Part shown: piece by piece, positions 9,685-19,478 of the stretch | Layout: every line of letters begins with the position of its first letter | Numbering within the stretch: position 1 is the stretch's first letter | Origin: an uncultured delta proteobacterium | Lineage (GTDB): Bacteria > Desulfobacterota > Binatia > JACPRU01 | DNA: 64,000 nucleotides | Assembly: GCA_963745025.1 (NCBI GenBank) | Contig: CAVUWD010000019.1 | Coordinates: forward strand, 256,001 to 320,000 | Direction of reading: 5' to 3' | Made by a program: the position numbers and the translations under genes | The notes under the pieces: generated by a model | What the model was told of the DNA's origin: nothing | Database searches by the model: none | The model's input: the letters and a program-made list of their open reading frames with translations, nothing else

Positions 9685-9872
9685 CGATCCTCCCTTCTCA
9701 CTCAGGGAGGCACAGCCAAGCACAGAGACGACGACAACGAAAGTAGTTGCTCCTTCAGCAGTTGCTCCTTCAGCGCTCGATTGCGTGCCGCCGTCACCGC
9801 AAGCGCCTTGCGAGTCGACGGCGGACGGGCAATGAAGGCACTAGAGCTCGCTCGAAGGCGGAGGGCCCTCAC

Positions 9873-10301
9873 GTGAGAAATGCGAACACGAGAATTGTCC
9901 GCGGGGCATCCGCGCTGGCGGGGCTAGCTCGGCAGAATGGTCGGGGGCGGCAAGTCGCGACCAACGGGAGCGACCTGTGGCTCACGCTCCTGGTGCTTGC
10001 CTGCCTCGTCTGCGTCTCGTCCGCGAGGGCGCACGGGAGCCAGAGGCACGTGCTCGGCACGGTCAGCGAGCTCGACGCGACCCATCTCGTCGTCAAGACG
10101 AATGACGGAAAGACCGAGTCGATCCTGCGCAACTCGGCCACGAAATACCTTCACGGCGAGAGCGCCGCGACGGCCGACGATCTGAAAGTCGGCGACCGCG
10201 TGGTCGTGCACGCGAGCCCGTCCGGGAATCTGCCGACGGCCACGACCATTCGCTTCTCGACACCGAAGGGCCAGGGCGCGCCGAGCTCGCCGGCTCCCTG
10301 A
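9873..10301 (+). CDS. Secreted small OB-fold-like protein (DUF5666-like), possible metal binder
   Basis: Signal peptide followed by AHGSQRHVLGTV...DLKVGDRVVV; start uncertain. Confidence 0.6.
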   Translation: MRNANTRIVRGASALAGLARQNGRGRQVATNGSDLWLTLLVLACLVCVSSARAHGSQRHVLGTVSELDATHLVVKTNDGKTESILRNSATKYLHGESAATADDLKVGDRVVVHASPSGNLPTATTIRFSTPKGQGAPSSPAP

Positions 10302-10305
10302 GAGC

Positions 10306-11028
10306 TCAGACGGATCGGGCCAGCTCAGCGACGAAGGGCGTCGCCGGTCGCTCGCGCAGGTCTCTCAGCGTGCCCCGCTGAATCAGGCGACCGGCCTCGA
10401 TGACGGCGATGTCCTGGCCAAGGGCCGCGGCGTCGGCTGGATCGTGGGTGACGACGATGGCCGGGAGCTTGAGCATGGCCAGGCGCGAGGGAAGAAACTC
10501 GCGGAGTTGGCGACGAACGGAGGCATCGAGCGCCGCCAGCGGCTCATCGAGGAGGAGCGCCCGCGGCTCGGAGGCGAGCGCACGCGCGAGCGCCACCCGC
10601 TGTCCCTCGCCGCCGGAAAGCGAGCGGGGCAGCCGATCGGCGAGATGCCCCACGTCCAGCGCTTCGAGCAGCGCCAGCGCGCGCTCGCGTCGCTCTGCGC
10701 GCCGCAGTCGATGGCGACACTCGAGGCCGAAGGCGACGTTGCCGATCGCGGTCATGTGCGGGAAGAGGCCGTAATCCTGGGGTACGTAGCCCAGGCCGCG
10801 CTCCTCGGGCGCCAGATCGATGCGACGCTCGGCGTCGAACAGCACCTCGCCATCGAGCTCGACGCGCCCGCGCAGCGGCCGCAGAGCGCCGAGCACCATG
10901 AGGAGAACGCTCGTCTTGCCCGCGCCGTTCGGACCTACCAGCACGAGCGGGCGGTCGCCCGTCTCGAGGTGAACCGCGAGATCGAGCGAACCGATCCGCC
11001 CTTCGAGATCGAAGCCGAGGCGATTCAC
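10306..11028 (-). CDS. modC: Molybdate ABC transporter ATP-binding subunit
   Basis: GPNGAGKT, LSGGEGQRVALARAL, LLLDEP; GTG 11028 overlaps the modB stop. Confidence 0.88.
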   Translation of the reverse strand: MNRLGFDLEGRIGSLDLAVHLETGDRPLVLVGPNGAGKTSVLLMVLGALRPLRGRVELDGEVLFDAERRIDLAPEERGLGYVPQDYGLFPHMTAIGNVAFGLECRHRLRRAERRERALALLEALDVGHLADRLPRSLSGGEGQRVALARALASEPRALLLDEPLAALDASVRRQLREFLPSRLAMLKLPAIVVTHDPADAAALGQDIAVIEAGRLIQRGTLRDLRERPATPFVAELARSV

Positions 11029-11900
11029 CGCCGCCGGTCCTCCGTGCGGCTCGACGCGAGCGGCCGGAAGCCGAAGGCCGCTCCGGCCGAAGCCGCCGCA
11101 CCGCGGCGGAGCACGAGCAACAAGCCGAAGGCGATGACGACGAGAACGATCGAGATCGCCTGCGCCGCGCGCAGATCGGACTCGAGTGCGGTGTAGACGG
11201 CCAGCGGGAGCGTCTGGGTGCGGCCGGTCAGATTGCCCGCGAACATCAACGTCGCCCCGAATTCGCCGAGCGATCGCGCCCAGCTCATCGCGGCGCCGGA
11301 AATCAGGCTCGGCGCCGCGCCCGGCAGCGCGACGCGAACGAAGGCCCGTAGCGGCGAGGCGCCGAGGCTGCGCGCGACGATCCACAGATTCGGGTCGAGG
11401 CGCCGGAACGCAGCGGTGGCCGCGAGCACGAAGAACGGCGCCGACACGAAGACCTCGGCGAGCACGACGGCGATCGTGGTGAAGGGAACGGCGATGCCGA
11501 AGCGCGCGAGCGAGGCGCCGAGCAGGCCCTTGCGGCCGAACGCCAGGAGCAGCGCCAGGCCGCCGACCGCCGGCGGGATGACGACGGGAAGCTGAACCGC
11601 GGTCTCGATCCACTGGCTGACGGTGCCCTCGCGCCGCACCAGCAGCCAGGCGAGCGCCGTGCCGGGAAGCACCACGAGCACGAGGCTCACGCTCGTCGTC
11701 AGCAGGCTCAGACGCAGCGCCGGCAGTACGAGCGGATGGCGAAGCCCGGCGACGAGGTCTGCGATGCCCGTGGTGACCACGAGCGCAACGATCGGCAGCA
11801 GCAGAAAGCCGAGCAATGCGAGCGCGGCGATGACGGAGAGCGCATGACCCAGAGCGCCCCTGCGCGAACCCGACCCGAGCCACCCCCCGCGCGCGCTCAC
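11025..11900 (-). CDS. modB: Molybdate ABC transporter permease
   Basis: LPVVIPPAVGGLALL, WARSLGEFGATLMFAGN..TQTLPLAVY. Confidence 0.9.
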   Translation of the reverse strand: MSARGGWLGSGSRRGALGHALSVIAALALLGFLLLPIVALVVTTGIADLVAGLRHPLVLPALRLSLLTTSVSLVLVVLPGTALAWLLVRREGTVSQWIETAVQLPVVIPPAVGGLALLLAFGRKGLLGASLARFGIAVPFTTIAVVLAEVFVSAPFFVLAATAAFRRLDPNLWIVARSLGASPLRAFVRVALPGAAPSLISGAAMSWARSLGEFGATLMFAGNLTGRTQTLPLAVYTALESDLRAAQAISIVLVVIAFGLLLVLRRGAAASAGAAFGFRPLASSRTEDRRR

Positions 11901-12697
11901 CTGGAGTCGCCGCGAGATACCGACTCGCCACCGGCGAGGAAGCCCGCCGCGGCAAGGGCGGCTTGACCCTCGGGACCCGACACCGCCTCGACCCATGCGT
12001 CGGCGAGCGTACGGTCGGGAGCGGCTTTGAGCACCGCAATCGAATACTCGGCGATGACGTTCACTCCGGGAGGAATTTCGACGACGACGACGTTCCCCCC
12101 GACGCTGGTCACGTCCGTGCGGTAGACGATTCCGGCATCGGCTTCGCCGAGCCGGACCTTGGCGAGTACCTGCCGAACGTTCAGCTCGTTCGAAACCACG
12201 CGCTCCTCGACTCGCTTGCGAAAGTCTCGGCCGTATCGTTCGGATGCGCGCTCGAGAATCTCGCGCGAATAGCGGCCGATCGGTACCTCCGGGCCGCCGA
12301 GCACGATGCGAGCCGCGCGGGGCAGGTCTTCGAGAGAGCGGATCGGTGCGGGGGAATCGGGGGTGACGACGAGAACCGGCGCGTTGCGAGCGAAGAGCCG
12401 CGGTCGCTCGACGAGCCCGAGCTTCACGAGCTTCGCCATGTTCGCCGGGTCGGCCGATGCGAAGACGTCCGCAGCCGCTCCGTTGAGAATCTGCGCGGCG
12501 AGCTCCTGGCTGCCCGCGAGATTGACGACGACGTGCACGCCGGGATGGCGCGTCTCGAAGCGTTCGGCGATCGTGCCGAAGGCTTCGCGAAGCGAGGCGG
12601 CGGCGAACACGACCATTGTACGCTCGCCCGCCTCGGCGGCACCGGCGTGAACGACCGACGCCAGCAACGCGACGACGACGGCGACCCGGCCCTTCAT
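11897..12697 (-). CDS. modA: Molybdate ABC transporter substrate-binding protein
   Basis: VFAAASL, AGSQELAAQI..GAAADVFASAD, VPIGRY, GEADAGIVYRTD. Confidence 0.93.
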   Translation of the reverse strand: MKGRVAVVVALLASVVHAGAAEAGERTMVVFAAASLREAFGTIAERFETRHPGVHVVVNLAGSQELAAQILNGAAADVFASADPANMAKLVKLGLVERPRLFARNAPVLVVTPDSPAPIRSLEDLPRAARIVLGGPEVPIGRYSREILERASERYGRDFRKRVEERVVSNELNVRQVLAKVRLGEADAGIVYRTDVTSVGGNVVVVEIPPGVNVIAEYSIAVLKAAPDRTLADAWVEAVSGPEGQAALAAAGFLAGGESVSRGDSR

Positions 12698-12752
12698 GAC
12701 TCTTCTTTCGCGCGTTTGCGGGCCAAAGATCAACGTGCCATCACTCCGCTGG

Positions 12753-13808
12753 ATGAAGCGTCCGCTGCAGAACGATCGGTTTCTGCGCGCCTGCCGGCGC
12801 GAGGCGGTCGATGCCACCCCGGTTTGGTTCATGCGCCAGGCCGGCCGCTACATGGCGGAATACCGCGCGGTACGGGCGCACCACTCGCTGCTCGAAATCT
12901 GCAAACGGCCCGAGCTCGCGGCGGAGGTCACGCTGCAGCCCGTCGAGCGGCTCCGCGTCGATGCCGCGATCCTCTTCGCCGACATTCTGCTGATCCTCGA
13001 GCCGCTCGACGTCGGGCTGGAATTCGTGGCTGGGGATGGGCCGAGTCTCCGCCGGCCGGTGAGGAGCGCGAGCGACGTCGACCGGCTGCCCGGGTTCGAC
13101 GTCGAGACCGAGCTCGGCTTCGTCGCGGAGTCGGTTCGCACGATCGTCGGGCGACTCGACGGTCGTGTTCCGCTCATCGGCTTCGCTGGCGGGCCCTTCA
13201 CGGTCGCGAGCTACCTCGTCGAAGGGGGGCACTCGCGGAGCTTCGTCGCCACCAAGCGGTTGATGTACGGCGAGCCCGAGGTGTGGCACCGGCTGATGTC
13301 GCGTCTGGCTTCGCTCACCGCCGCCTACCTGCACATGCAGATCGAGGCGGGGGCCGACGCGGTGCAGCTCTTCGACAGCTGGGCCGGCGCGCTCGCGCCG
13401 GAGGATTACCGCCGCTTCGTGCTGCCGCATTCCCGAGCGGTGCTCGAGCCGCTCGCGGCGTCAGGCGTGCCCGTCATCCACTTCGGGACGCAGACCGCGG
13501 GGCTCCTCGCCGACATGCGGCGCGCCGGCGGCAGCGTCATCGGCGTCGATTGGCGGATCGAGCTCGCCGACGCCTGGGACCGGCTCGGTCCCGACGTCGC
13601 CGTGCAGGGAAACCTCGACCCGGTGGCGCTGCTCGCCCCTTGGCCCGTCACCGCGGAAGCGGCGCGAGGCATTGTCGCGAGCGTCGCCGGACGCGCCGGG
13701 CACGTGTTCAACCTCGGCCATGGCATCCTTCCGGAGACCCCCGTGGAGGCCGCGACGGACCTCGTGCAGCTCGTGCACGAGGAAAGCGCGAGACTTCTTG
13801 CCGGATAG
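12753..13808 (+). CDS. hemE: Uroporphyrinogen decarboxylase
   Basis: PVWFMRQAGRY, DAAILFADIL, QLFDSWAG, QGNLDP, FNLGHGI. Confidence 0.97.
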   Translation: MKRPLQNDRFLRACRREAVDATPVWFMRQAGRYMAEYRAVRAHHSLLEICKRPELAAEVTLQPVERLRVDAAILFADILLILEPLDVGLEFVAGDGPSLRRPVRSASDVDRLPGFDVETELGFVAESVRTIVGRLDGRVPLIGFAGGPFTVASYLVEGGHSRSFVATKRLMYGEPEVWHRLMSRLASLTAAYLHMQIEAGADAVQLFDSWAGALAPEDYRRFVLPHSRAVLEPLAASGVPVIHFGTQTAGLLADMRRAGGSVIGVDWRIELADAWDRLGPDVAVQGNLDPVALLAPWPVTAEAARGIVASVAGRAGHVFNLGHGILPETPVEAATDLVQLVHEESARLLAG

Positions 13809-14003
13809 CCCGTAGAGGCCAAGTTCGGGTTTGCTCTGACAGGTAGAACGGAGTCGCGCACGGCCGCGAGGCGGATGAGCGGCGGCCCAGGATGCGCGAT
13901 CGAGGCAGCGCACGACTGCCGTCCGCTCGATCCGCGTTCGCGTCGGGCACGACTCGGGTGACGGAACCGAACGATTGACTGCCGCGCGGCCTCGGGTCAT
14001 GCA

Positions 14004-14339
14004 TTGGGTGTGGGGCTGACGTCGGGGTCGCTGCCGCGGTTCCTCTTCACCGGGAGAGCGCTGCAAGTCGTTGCGCACCTGCCCGACTTCGTCCGACTCT
14101 ACTGGCGCCTGTTCCGCGACTCGCGCGTCTCCGTCCTCGCCAAGGCCGTTCTCGTGCTGAGCTTGACCTACGTCGTCTGGCCGCTCGACTTCATTGCGGA
14201 CGTCGTGCCGGTGGTGGGCGAGTTGGACGATCTCGGCGTCGTGTTGGGCGGCCTGTGGCTCTTCATCCGCCTCTGTCCAGCGGACGTCGTCCGAGAGCGT
14301 GTTCGCGAGATTTCGACGAGGGCAAGGCCAGGTGGGTAG
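14004..14339 (+). CDS. YkvA/DUF1232-family membrane protein
   Basis: YVVWPLDFIADVVPVVGELDD; start uncertain. Confidence 0.85.
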   Translation: MGVGLTSGSLPRFLFTGRALQVVAHLPDFVRLYWRLFRDSRVSVLAKAVLVLSLTYVVWPLDFIADVVPVVGELDDLGVVLGGLWLFIRLCPADVVRERVREISTRARPGG

Positions 14340-17061
14340 ACGAATCGCCGTGGCGGTTGCGGTACTCGTGGTGCTCGGCCTGCTGCTCCTCGGCGCCGGC
14401 AGCGAGATCTTCGTCGATGCGCTGTGGTTTGCCCATCTCGGCGATCTGGTCGTGTTCCGCACGGTTCTCGGAGCCAAGATCGCGTGCTTCGCAGTCGCCG
14501 CGGCGATCGTGTTCGCGGTTGTGGCGGCGGTGGGGTTGTACGTCGTCGCCCACGTGCGCGACCGCGGCGTGGTTCGTGTCGTGCTGCGGCGGGGCAACGG
14601 CGCCGAGACCCTGCCGGAGCTGATCGCCCCATTCAGCGACCGGATTCCGTGGCGTGCGCTCGTGCTCGCCGTCTCGGCGCTGATCGCCTTCCTCTTCGGG
14701 CTCGGGCAGTCGGGCAACTGGGAGACCTACCTCCTGTGGCTCTACGGCGGACGCTTCGGCTCGGTCGAGCCCTTCTTCGGTCGCGATGTCGGCTTCTACG
14801 TGTTCGCGCTGCCCGCGTACCGCGCCATCGTCAACGCGCTGCTCGGTACGATCGTCTTGGCGGCCCTCGTCGGTGCGGCACTCTTCTGGCTTCAGGGGGC
14901 GATCGACTTTCGCCGACCCAGCGAGCCGCTGCCGCCGGCGGTGATGCGCTTCGTGTCGCTGGTGCTCGGTCTCTTTCTCGCGGTCAAGGGCTTCGACTAT
15001 TGGCTCGGGCGCTACGAGCTCTTGCTCGAGCCCTACGGCGCGGTGTTCGGACCGGGCTACACGGTGAGCCACGTGCGGTTGCCGCTCCAGTGGCTGCTCT
15101 GCGCGGCGGCGTTCGCCGGCGCGGCGCTCGCGCTCGCGAACTGGAGAGTGCGGGAATGGCGGCTGCCGGTCGGCGCCGTGGTTCTCGTGTTCGCCACCTC
15201 GCTGCTCTGCAGCGTGTTTCCCGATTTCTACCAGCGCTTGCGCGTGCGCCCGGACGAGCTCCGCCTCGAGCATCCCTATCTGCAGCACAACATCGATCTC
15301 ACGCGTCGCGCCTACGGTCTGGACAAGATTCAGACGCGAGCGTTCCCCGCCAAGACCCGGCTCGACCCGTCGGCGGTCGAGCGCAACCAAGCCACCTTCA
15401 AGAACATCCGTCTGTGGGATCCCGGGCCGCTGCTCGATACGTACCGCCAGCTCCAGGTCATCCGGCTCTACTACGACTTTCACGACACCGACGTCGACCG
15501 CTACGACCTTCCCGATGGCCGCCGACAGGTCATGCTCGCCGCGCGCGAGATCATGCCGTCGCTGCTGCCCGCCAACGCGCGGACCTGGGTGAACCAGCGC
15601 CTGCAGTTCACGCACGGCTTCGGCGCCGTGATGAGCCCCGTCACGGAGGTCGAGGGGGAGGGGCTGCCCGTTTTCTTCGTGAAGGACATTCCGCCGAACT
15701 CGCCGGTCGGTCTGCGGATCGACGAGCCGCGCATCTACTTCGGCGAGCGCACCGACGAGTACGTGCTCGTCGGCGGCGCCGCCGAGGAGTTCGACTATCC
15801 GAAGGGCGATGAGAACGTGGCCAACCGCTACGCCGGGCGCGGCGGCGTGCCACTCGGCTCCTTGCTTCGCCGTCTCGTTTTCGCGTGGAGCTTCCGAGAC
15901 CTGAACCTCTTGATCTCGGGTAACATTCGTCCCGAGAGCCGGATTCTCTTCCGCCGCTCGATTGGACAGATGCTGTCGCGGCTCGTGCCGTTCTTGAGGC
16001 TCGATCACGATCCCTACGTCGTCATCTCGCGCGGCCGGCTCTACTGGATCCAGGACGCGTACACGACGAGCGCGACGTTCCCGTACTCGGAACCCGTGCC
16101 GAATCTCGGCTTCAACTACATTCGCAACTCGGTGAAGGTGGTGATCGACGCATACGACGGCACGGTCGATTTCTACGCGGTCGACGAATCCGACCCGATC
16201 CTCGCCGCCTATGCCCGCATCTTCCCCGGCCTCTTCCACCCGTTCGCGGCCATGCCCGAGGACCTGCGCCGCCACGTTCGCTACCCGGAGGGCCTCTTTC
16301 TCATCCAGGCGGAGATGTATCGCACCTACCACATGACCAGCCCCGACGTGTTCTACAACAAGGAAGACTTGTGGAGCTTTCCGAGCGAGTCGGCGGCGGG
16401 CACGCGATCGGCCGTAGAGCCCTACTACATCATCATGAAGCTACCGGGCGGCGAGAACGAGGAGTTCCTGTTGATGCAGCCGATGACGCCCTCGAACCGC
16501 AACAACATGGTGGCCTGGCTGGCCGCGCGCTGCGACACGCCGAACTACGGCGAGCTGATCGAGTATGCATTTCCGAAGGAGCGCCTGATCTACGGGCCGC
16601 AGCAGATCGAGGCGCGCATCGATCAGGATACGGTGATCTCGCAGCAGCTCTCGCTCTGGAATCAGATGGGGTCGAAGGTGATCCGCGGGAACTTGCTGGT
16701 CATCCCGGTCGAGGATGCGATCGTCTACGCCGAGCCGCTCTATCTGCGATCGGAGCAAGGACAGATTCCGGAGATGAAGCGCGTCATCGTGGCCTACGGC
16801 GACCGGCTGGCGATGGAAACTTCGCTCGAGGCGGCGCTCGGCAAGGTGTTCGGGGGGGGCGCGCCGACACCGCCGCCGAGCGTGGAGACGCGTCAGCCGC
16901 CGGTCGAGGCCGCCGTGGAGTCGGTGAGAGACCACTACCGGGCGGCGCTCGACGGGCTGCGCGGTGGCGACTGGGCGACGTTCGCGCGCGAGATGGACGC
17001 GCTCGGCAAAGCGCTCGAAAGCGGGGCCGCGCGTCCTCCGCCGACGCCCACCGGCCACTAG
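14332..17061 (+). CDS. UPF0182-family membrane protein
   Basis: FFGRDVGFYVF, NIRLWDP, YYDFHDTDVDRY, FTHGFG, NYIRNSVK, VIRGNLLVIP. Confidence 0.95.
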   Translation: MGRRIAVAVAVLVVLGLLLLGAGSEIFVDALWFAHLGDLVVFRTVLGAKIACFAVAAAIVFAVVAAVGLYVVAHVRDRGVVRVVLRRGNGAETLPELIAPFSDRIPWRALVLAVSALIAFLFGLGQSGNWETYLLWLYGGRFGSVEPFFGRDVGFYVFALPAYRAIVNALLGTIVLAALVGAALFWLQGAIDFRRPSEPLPPAVMRFVSLVLGLFLAVKGFDYWLGRYELLLEPYGAVFGPGYTVSHVRLPLQWLLCAAAFAGAALALANWRVREWRLPVGAVVLVFATSLLCSVFPDFYQRLRVRPDELRLEHPYLQHNIDLTRRAYGLDKIQTRAFPAKTRLDPSAVERNQATFKNIRLWDPGPLLDTYRQLQVIRLYYDFHDTDVDRYDLPDGRRQVMLAAREIMPSLLPANARTWVNQRLQFTHGFGAVMSPVTEVEGEGLPVFFVKDIPPNSPVGLRIDEPRIYFGERTDEYVLVGGAAEEFDYPKGDENVANRYAGRGGVPLGSLLRRLVFAWSFRDLNLLISGNIRPESRILFRRSIGQMLSRLVPFLRLDHDPYVVISRGRLYWIQDAYTTSATFPYSEPVPNLGFNYIRNSVKVVIDAYDGTVDFYAVDESDPILAAYARIFPGLFHPFAAMPEDLRRHVRYPEGLFLIQAEMYRTYHMTSPDVFYNKEDLWSFPSESAAGTRSAVEPYYIIMKLPGGENEEFLLMQPMTPSNRNNMVAWLAARCDTPNYGELIEYAFPKERLIYGPQQIEARIDQDTVISQQLSLWNQMGSKVIRGNLLVIPVEDAIVYAEPLYLRSEQGQIPEMKRVIVAYGDRLAMETSLEAALGKVFGGGAPTPPPSVETRQPPVEAAVESVRDHYRAALDGLRGGDWATFAREMDALGKALESGAARPPPTPTGH

Positions 17062-17125
17062 AGTCAGCCATGCGCGGCGTTCGTAGTGGACCCATCGAAA
17101 AGTACACGAAGCGGGGGGCTCGCGC

Positions 17126-17539
17126 ATGAGCCGTCCGGTCAACGACGAAGTCGTCCGCAGCTCGATCGTTCGCTCGCCCCTCGGCGGGTTGCTCGGCATG
17201 CAGGTCGAAACCATCGATGCCGATCACGTGCGCGTTCGGCTGCCGTTTCGCGCCGACGTCACCACCGGCGGCGGCATCGTCCACGGCGGGGCAATCTCGG
17301 CGCTCGTCGATGCCGCCGCCACGGGAGCGGCGTGGTCCGCCGCCGATCTCTCGGCGAACCCGCGCGGCACGACCATCGCTCTCGCCGTCAACTTCCTTGC
17401 CGCGGCGCGCGGTCAGGACATCGTGGCCGACGCGCGGGTGATCCAGCGGGGGCGTACGATCACGGTCTGCGAGGTTGCCGTGGAGGATGCAAACGGCCAG
17501 CGGGTCGCGAGCGCGCTCGTGACGTACAAGTTGGGCTAG
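17126..17539 (+). CDS. PaaI-family thioesterase
   Basis: GIVHGGAISALVD hot-dog fold motif. Confidence 0.92.
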   Translation: MSRPVNDEVVRSSIVRSPLGGLLGMQVETIDADHVRVRLPFRADVTTGGGIVHGGAISALVDAAATGAAWSAADLSANPRGTTIALAVNFLAAARGQDIVADARVIQRGRTITVCEVAVEDANGQRVASALVTYKLG

Positions 17540-17568
17540 CCGTTTCGGGCGTTCGAAATTCCTGAAAT

Positions 17569-17732
17569 GCTGAATTTTCCGGTTGGCCCGCACTCGGGTC
17601 GACCGGAAAATCCAGCCAGCGCGCGCGAGGGCGGAAAACAATAGACGAATCCCGAGAGTTATTGCTCCCGCGCTCCGCGCGGTTGCGGTCGGTCGTGATC
17701 GACCCGAGTACAGGCCGACCACGACCGACCGC
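17569..17732. repeat. Twin-hairpin palindromic element, copy A
   Basis: Hairpins 17569-17616 (loop CACT) and 17685-17732 (loop AGTA); homologous to 19234-19377. Confidence 0.8.
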
Positions 17733-17769
17733 GCTCTTCGCGAAGCACGCGAACGCGAATACTTGCGGG

Positions 17770-19143
17770 TTACGTCCCGCGGAGCTCTGAAAACACTTCG
17801 CGGGCGTCGCGCTGATGCTCGAGCGAGAGCACGAGATGCTCGAGGCGGTCGGCCCGCTCGCTCGGCAGGGCGAGCCGAGCGTTCTTGCGAAATTTGACGG
17901 CGATCTCCTCGGAGCTCATCGGATTCTCAGGCCCGCCGCGCTGATTCGCAAGCTCGGCCTCGAGCACTCGACCGTCGCGGAGAACGATTCGAGCACCGCC
18001 CGGCAGCGCCTTGGGAAACGTCGGGAACGGTACGACCTCGTAGCGGACCTTGCGAGCGAGCTCGAGCACCCGCTCGTCGCCCATGGCCTCTTCCCGGTAC
18101 GAATCGAGGTCGACGGCTCCGTGGACGAGCATCGCCGCCGCGCTGAAGGGCAGGCTGAACTTGGCGTCGTAGGGGGTGCGCGGGCGCGCCTTGGCGTCCG
18201 CTGGCTCGAGAACCAGCGATACGGCAGGCTCCGGGACACGCAAGACGACGTCCGCGATCTCGTCGGCGGAGACACCTCGCGCGCCGACCGCCCGCGCCAC
18301 GGCATCGATCGGCGCGTGAATGTAGTGGCAGGCGGGGTAGGGCTTGAAGGCGATGCGCGGCGTCTCCCAGCGTCGGCCGAGATCTGCGAGGGCGGGCTCG
18401 AGATCGATCCGATGGACGTCGGCGAAGGCCGCAAAGAGTCCGAAGCGTCCCTCGAAGACCGACGCCGGCCCCGTCGCCCCGTGTGCCGCCAGGCTCGCGG
18501 CGACGAGTCCTGACTGTGCCGCCGCGCCGGCGTGCACCGGCTTGGTCTCGGAGCCGTCGGCGAGATACTCGAAGATGCCGCAGGCGAGGCTTCCGGCGAT
18601 GCCGAGTGCCTGAGCGATCGCCGGACGGTCGAGCCCGCGAAGCCGTGCAGCCGCCGCGGTGGCGCCGAAGACACCGCAAACGGAGGTCGGGTGGAACCCG
18701 CGGCGATGGAAGACTGCCGGGGCCGCCATGCCGATCCGGGTGATGATCTCGTTTCCGGCGACGAGGGCAACGAGAAGATCGGCTCCGCTCGCACCCCTTG
18801 CCTCGGCGGCTGCGATCGCCGCGGGTGCCATCACCGCGCTCACGTGACACACGGCATCGGTGTGCGTGTCGTCGAAGTCGAGCCCGTGACACAGCATGCC
18901 GTTGGCGAAAGCCGCGTGCGCCGCCGGCCATCGCTCCGCGACGCCGATGACCGAGGCTTCGGCCCGCCCGCCGCTCTCGCGCATCGCCTCGCGCCCGGCG
19001 GTGGCGATTCCGAGCGCGTGCGCGGCGAGGCCGCAGCCGAGCGCATCGAGGAGATGGAGCTTGGCCGCCGCGACGACTTCGGGCGGGATCGCTTGCAGCG
19101 AGAGCGACCGGGTCCAGGCGGCGAAGCGTTCGGCGGCGGTCAT
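17770..19143 (-). CDS. MmgE/PrpD-family protein
   Basis: NGMLCHGLDFDDTH, RGFHPT, FKPYPACHYIH, AKFSLPF, GGPENPMS. Confidence 0.93.
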   Translation of the reverse strand: MTAAERFAAWTRSLSLQAIPPEVVAAAKLHLLDALGCGLAAHALGIATAGREAMRESGGRAEASVIGVAERWPAAHAAFANGMLCHGLDFDDTHTDAVCHVSAVMAPAAIAAAEARGASGADLLVALVAGNEIITRIGMAAPAVFHRRGFHPTSVCGVFGATAAAARLRGLDRPAIAQALGIAGSLACGIFEYLADGSETKPVHAGAAAQSGLVAASLAAHGATGPASVFEGRFGLFAAFADVHRIDLEPALADLGRRWETPRIAFKPYPACHYIHAPIDAVARAVGARGVSADEIADVVLRVPEPAVSLVLEPADAKARPRTPYDAKFSLPFSAAAMLVHGAVDLDSYREEAMGDERVLELARKVRYEVVPFPTFPKALPGGARIVLRDGRVLEAELANQRGGPENPMSSEEIAVKFRKNARLALPSERADRLEHLVLSLEHQRDAREVFSELRGT

Positions 19144-19147
19144 GAGA

Positions 19148-19470
19148 GGCCACAGGCTACAGGCTTCCGGCTACCGGTTCCATGGTGTCGTAATACCTCA
19201 AGTCGCTGCCTCGAACGCTGGGGGTTCCTGAGCGCTGGATTTTTCGGTCGGCCCGTACTCGGGGCGATCGGAAAATCCAGCTCCCGCGCGGAGCGCGGAA
19301 TGCAGCTCTTCCGCGCTCCGCGCGGTTGCGGGCGGTTGTGGTCGACCCGAGTACGGATCGACCACAACCGCCCACGCGTTCCGTCTTGCCGAAACGTTTC
19401 GTAGCCAGAGACCCATGGTGTCGATGGCTTCTCTTGTCGGGCGGTAGCCGGTAGCCTGTAGCCGGTAGCC
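19148..19470. repeat. Inverted GGCTAC(A/C) heptamer arrays enclosing twin-hairpin copy B
   Basis: Heptamers at 19148-19177 and their complement at 19443-19470; 11-bp direct repeat CCATGGTGTCG at 19180 and 19413; hairpins 19234-19281 and 19328-19377. Confidence 0.8.
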
Positions 19471-19478
19471 GTTTCCCC

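Noticed and set aside
9000-12770. Identical N-terminal MKRPLQ in the flippase-like gene and hemE
   Set aside because: Six residues with no extended DNA repeat; treated as coincidence
13890-13965. Hairpin and GTCGGGCACGACTCGGGTGAC resembling the twin-hairpin core
   Set aside because: Similarity is short and gapped, the long stem is missing, and chance matches are likely at this GC content
17569-19377. Integron attC interpretation of the hairpins flanking MmgE/PrpD
   Set aside because: No RYYYAAC/GTTRRRY core ends and no integrase in the window
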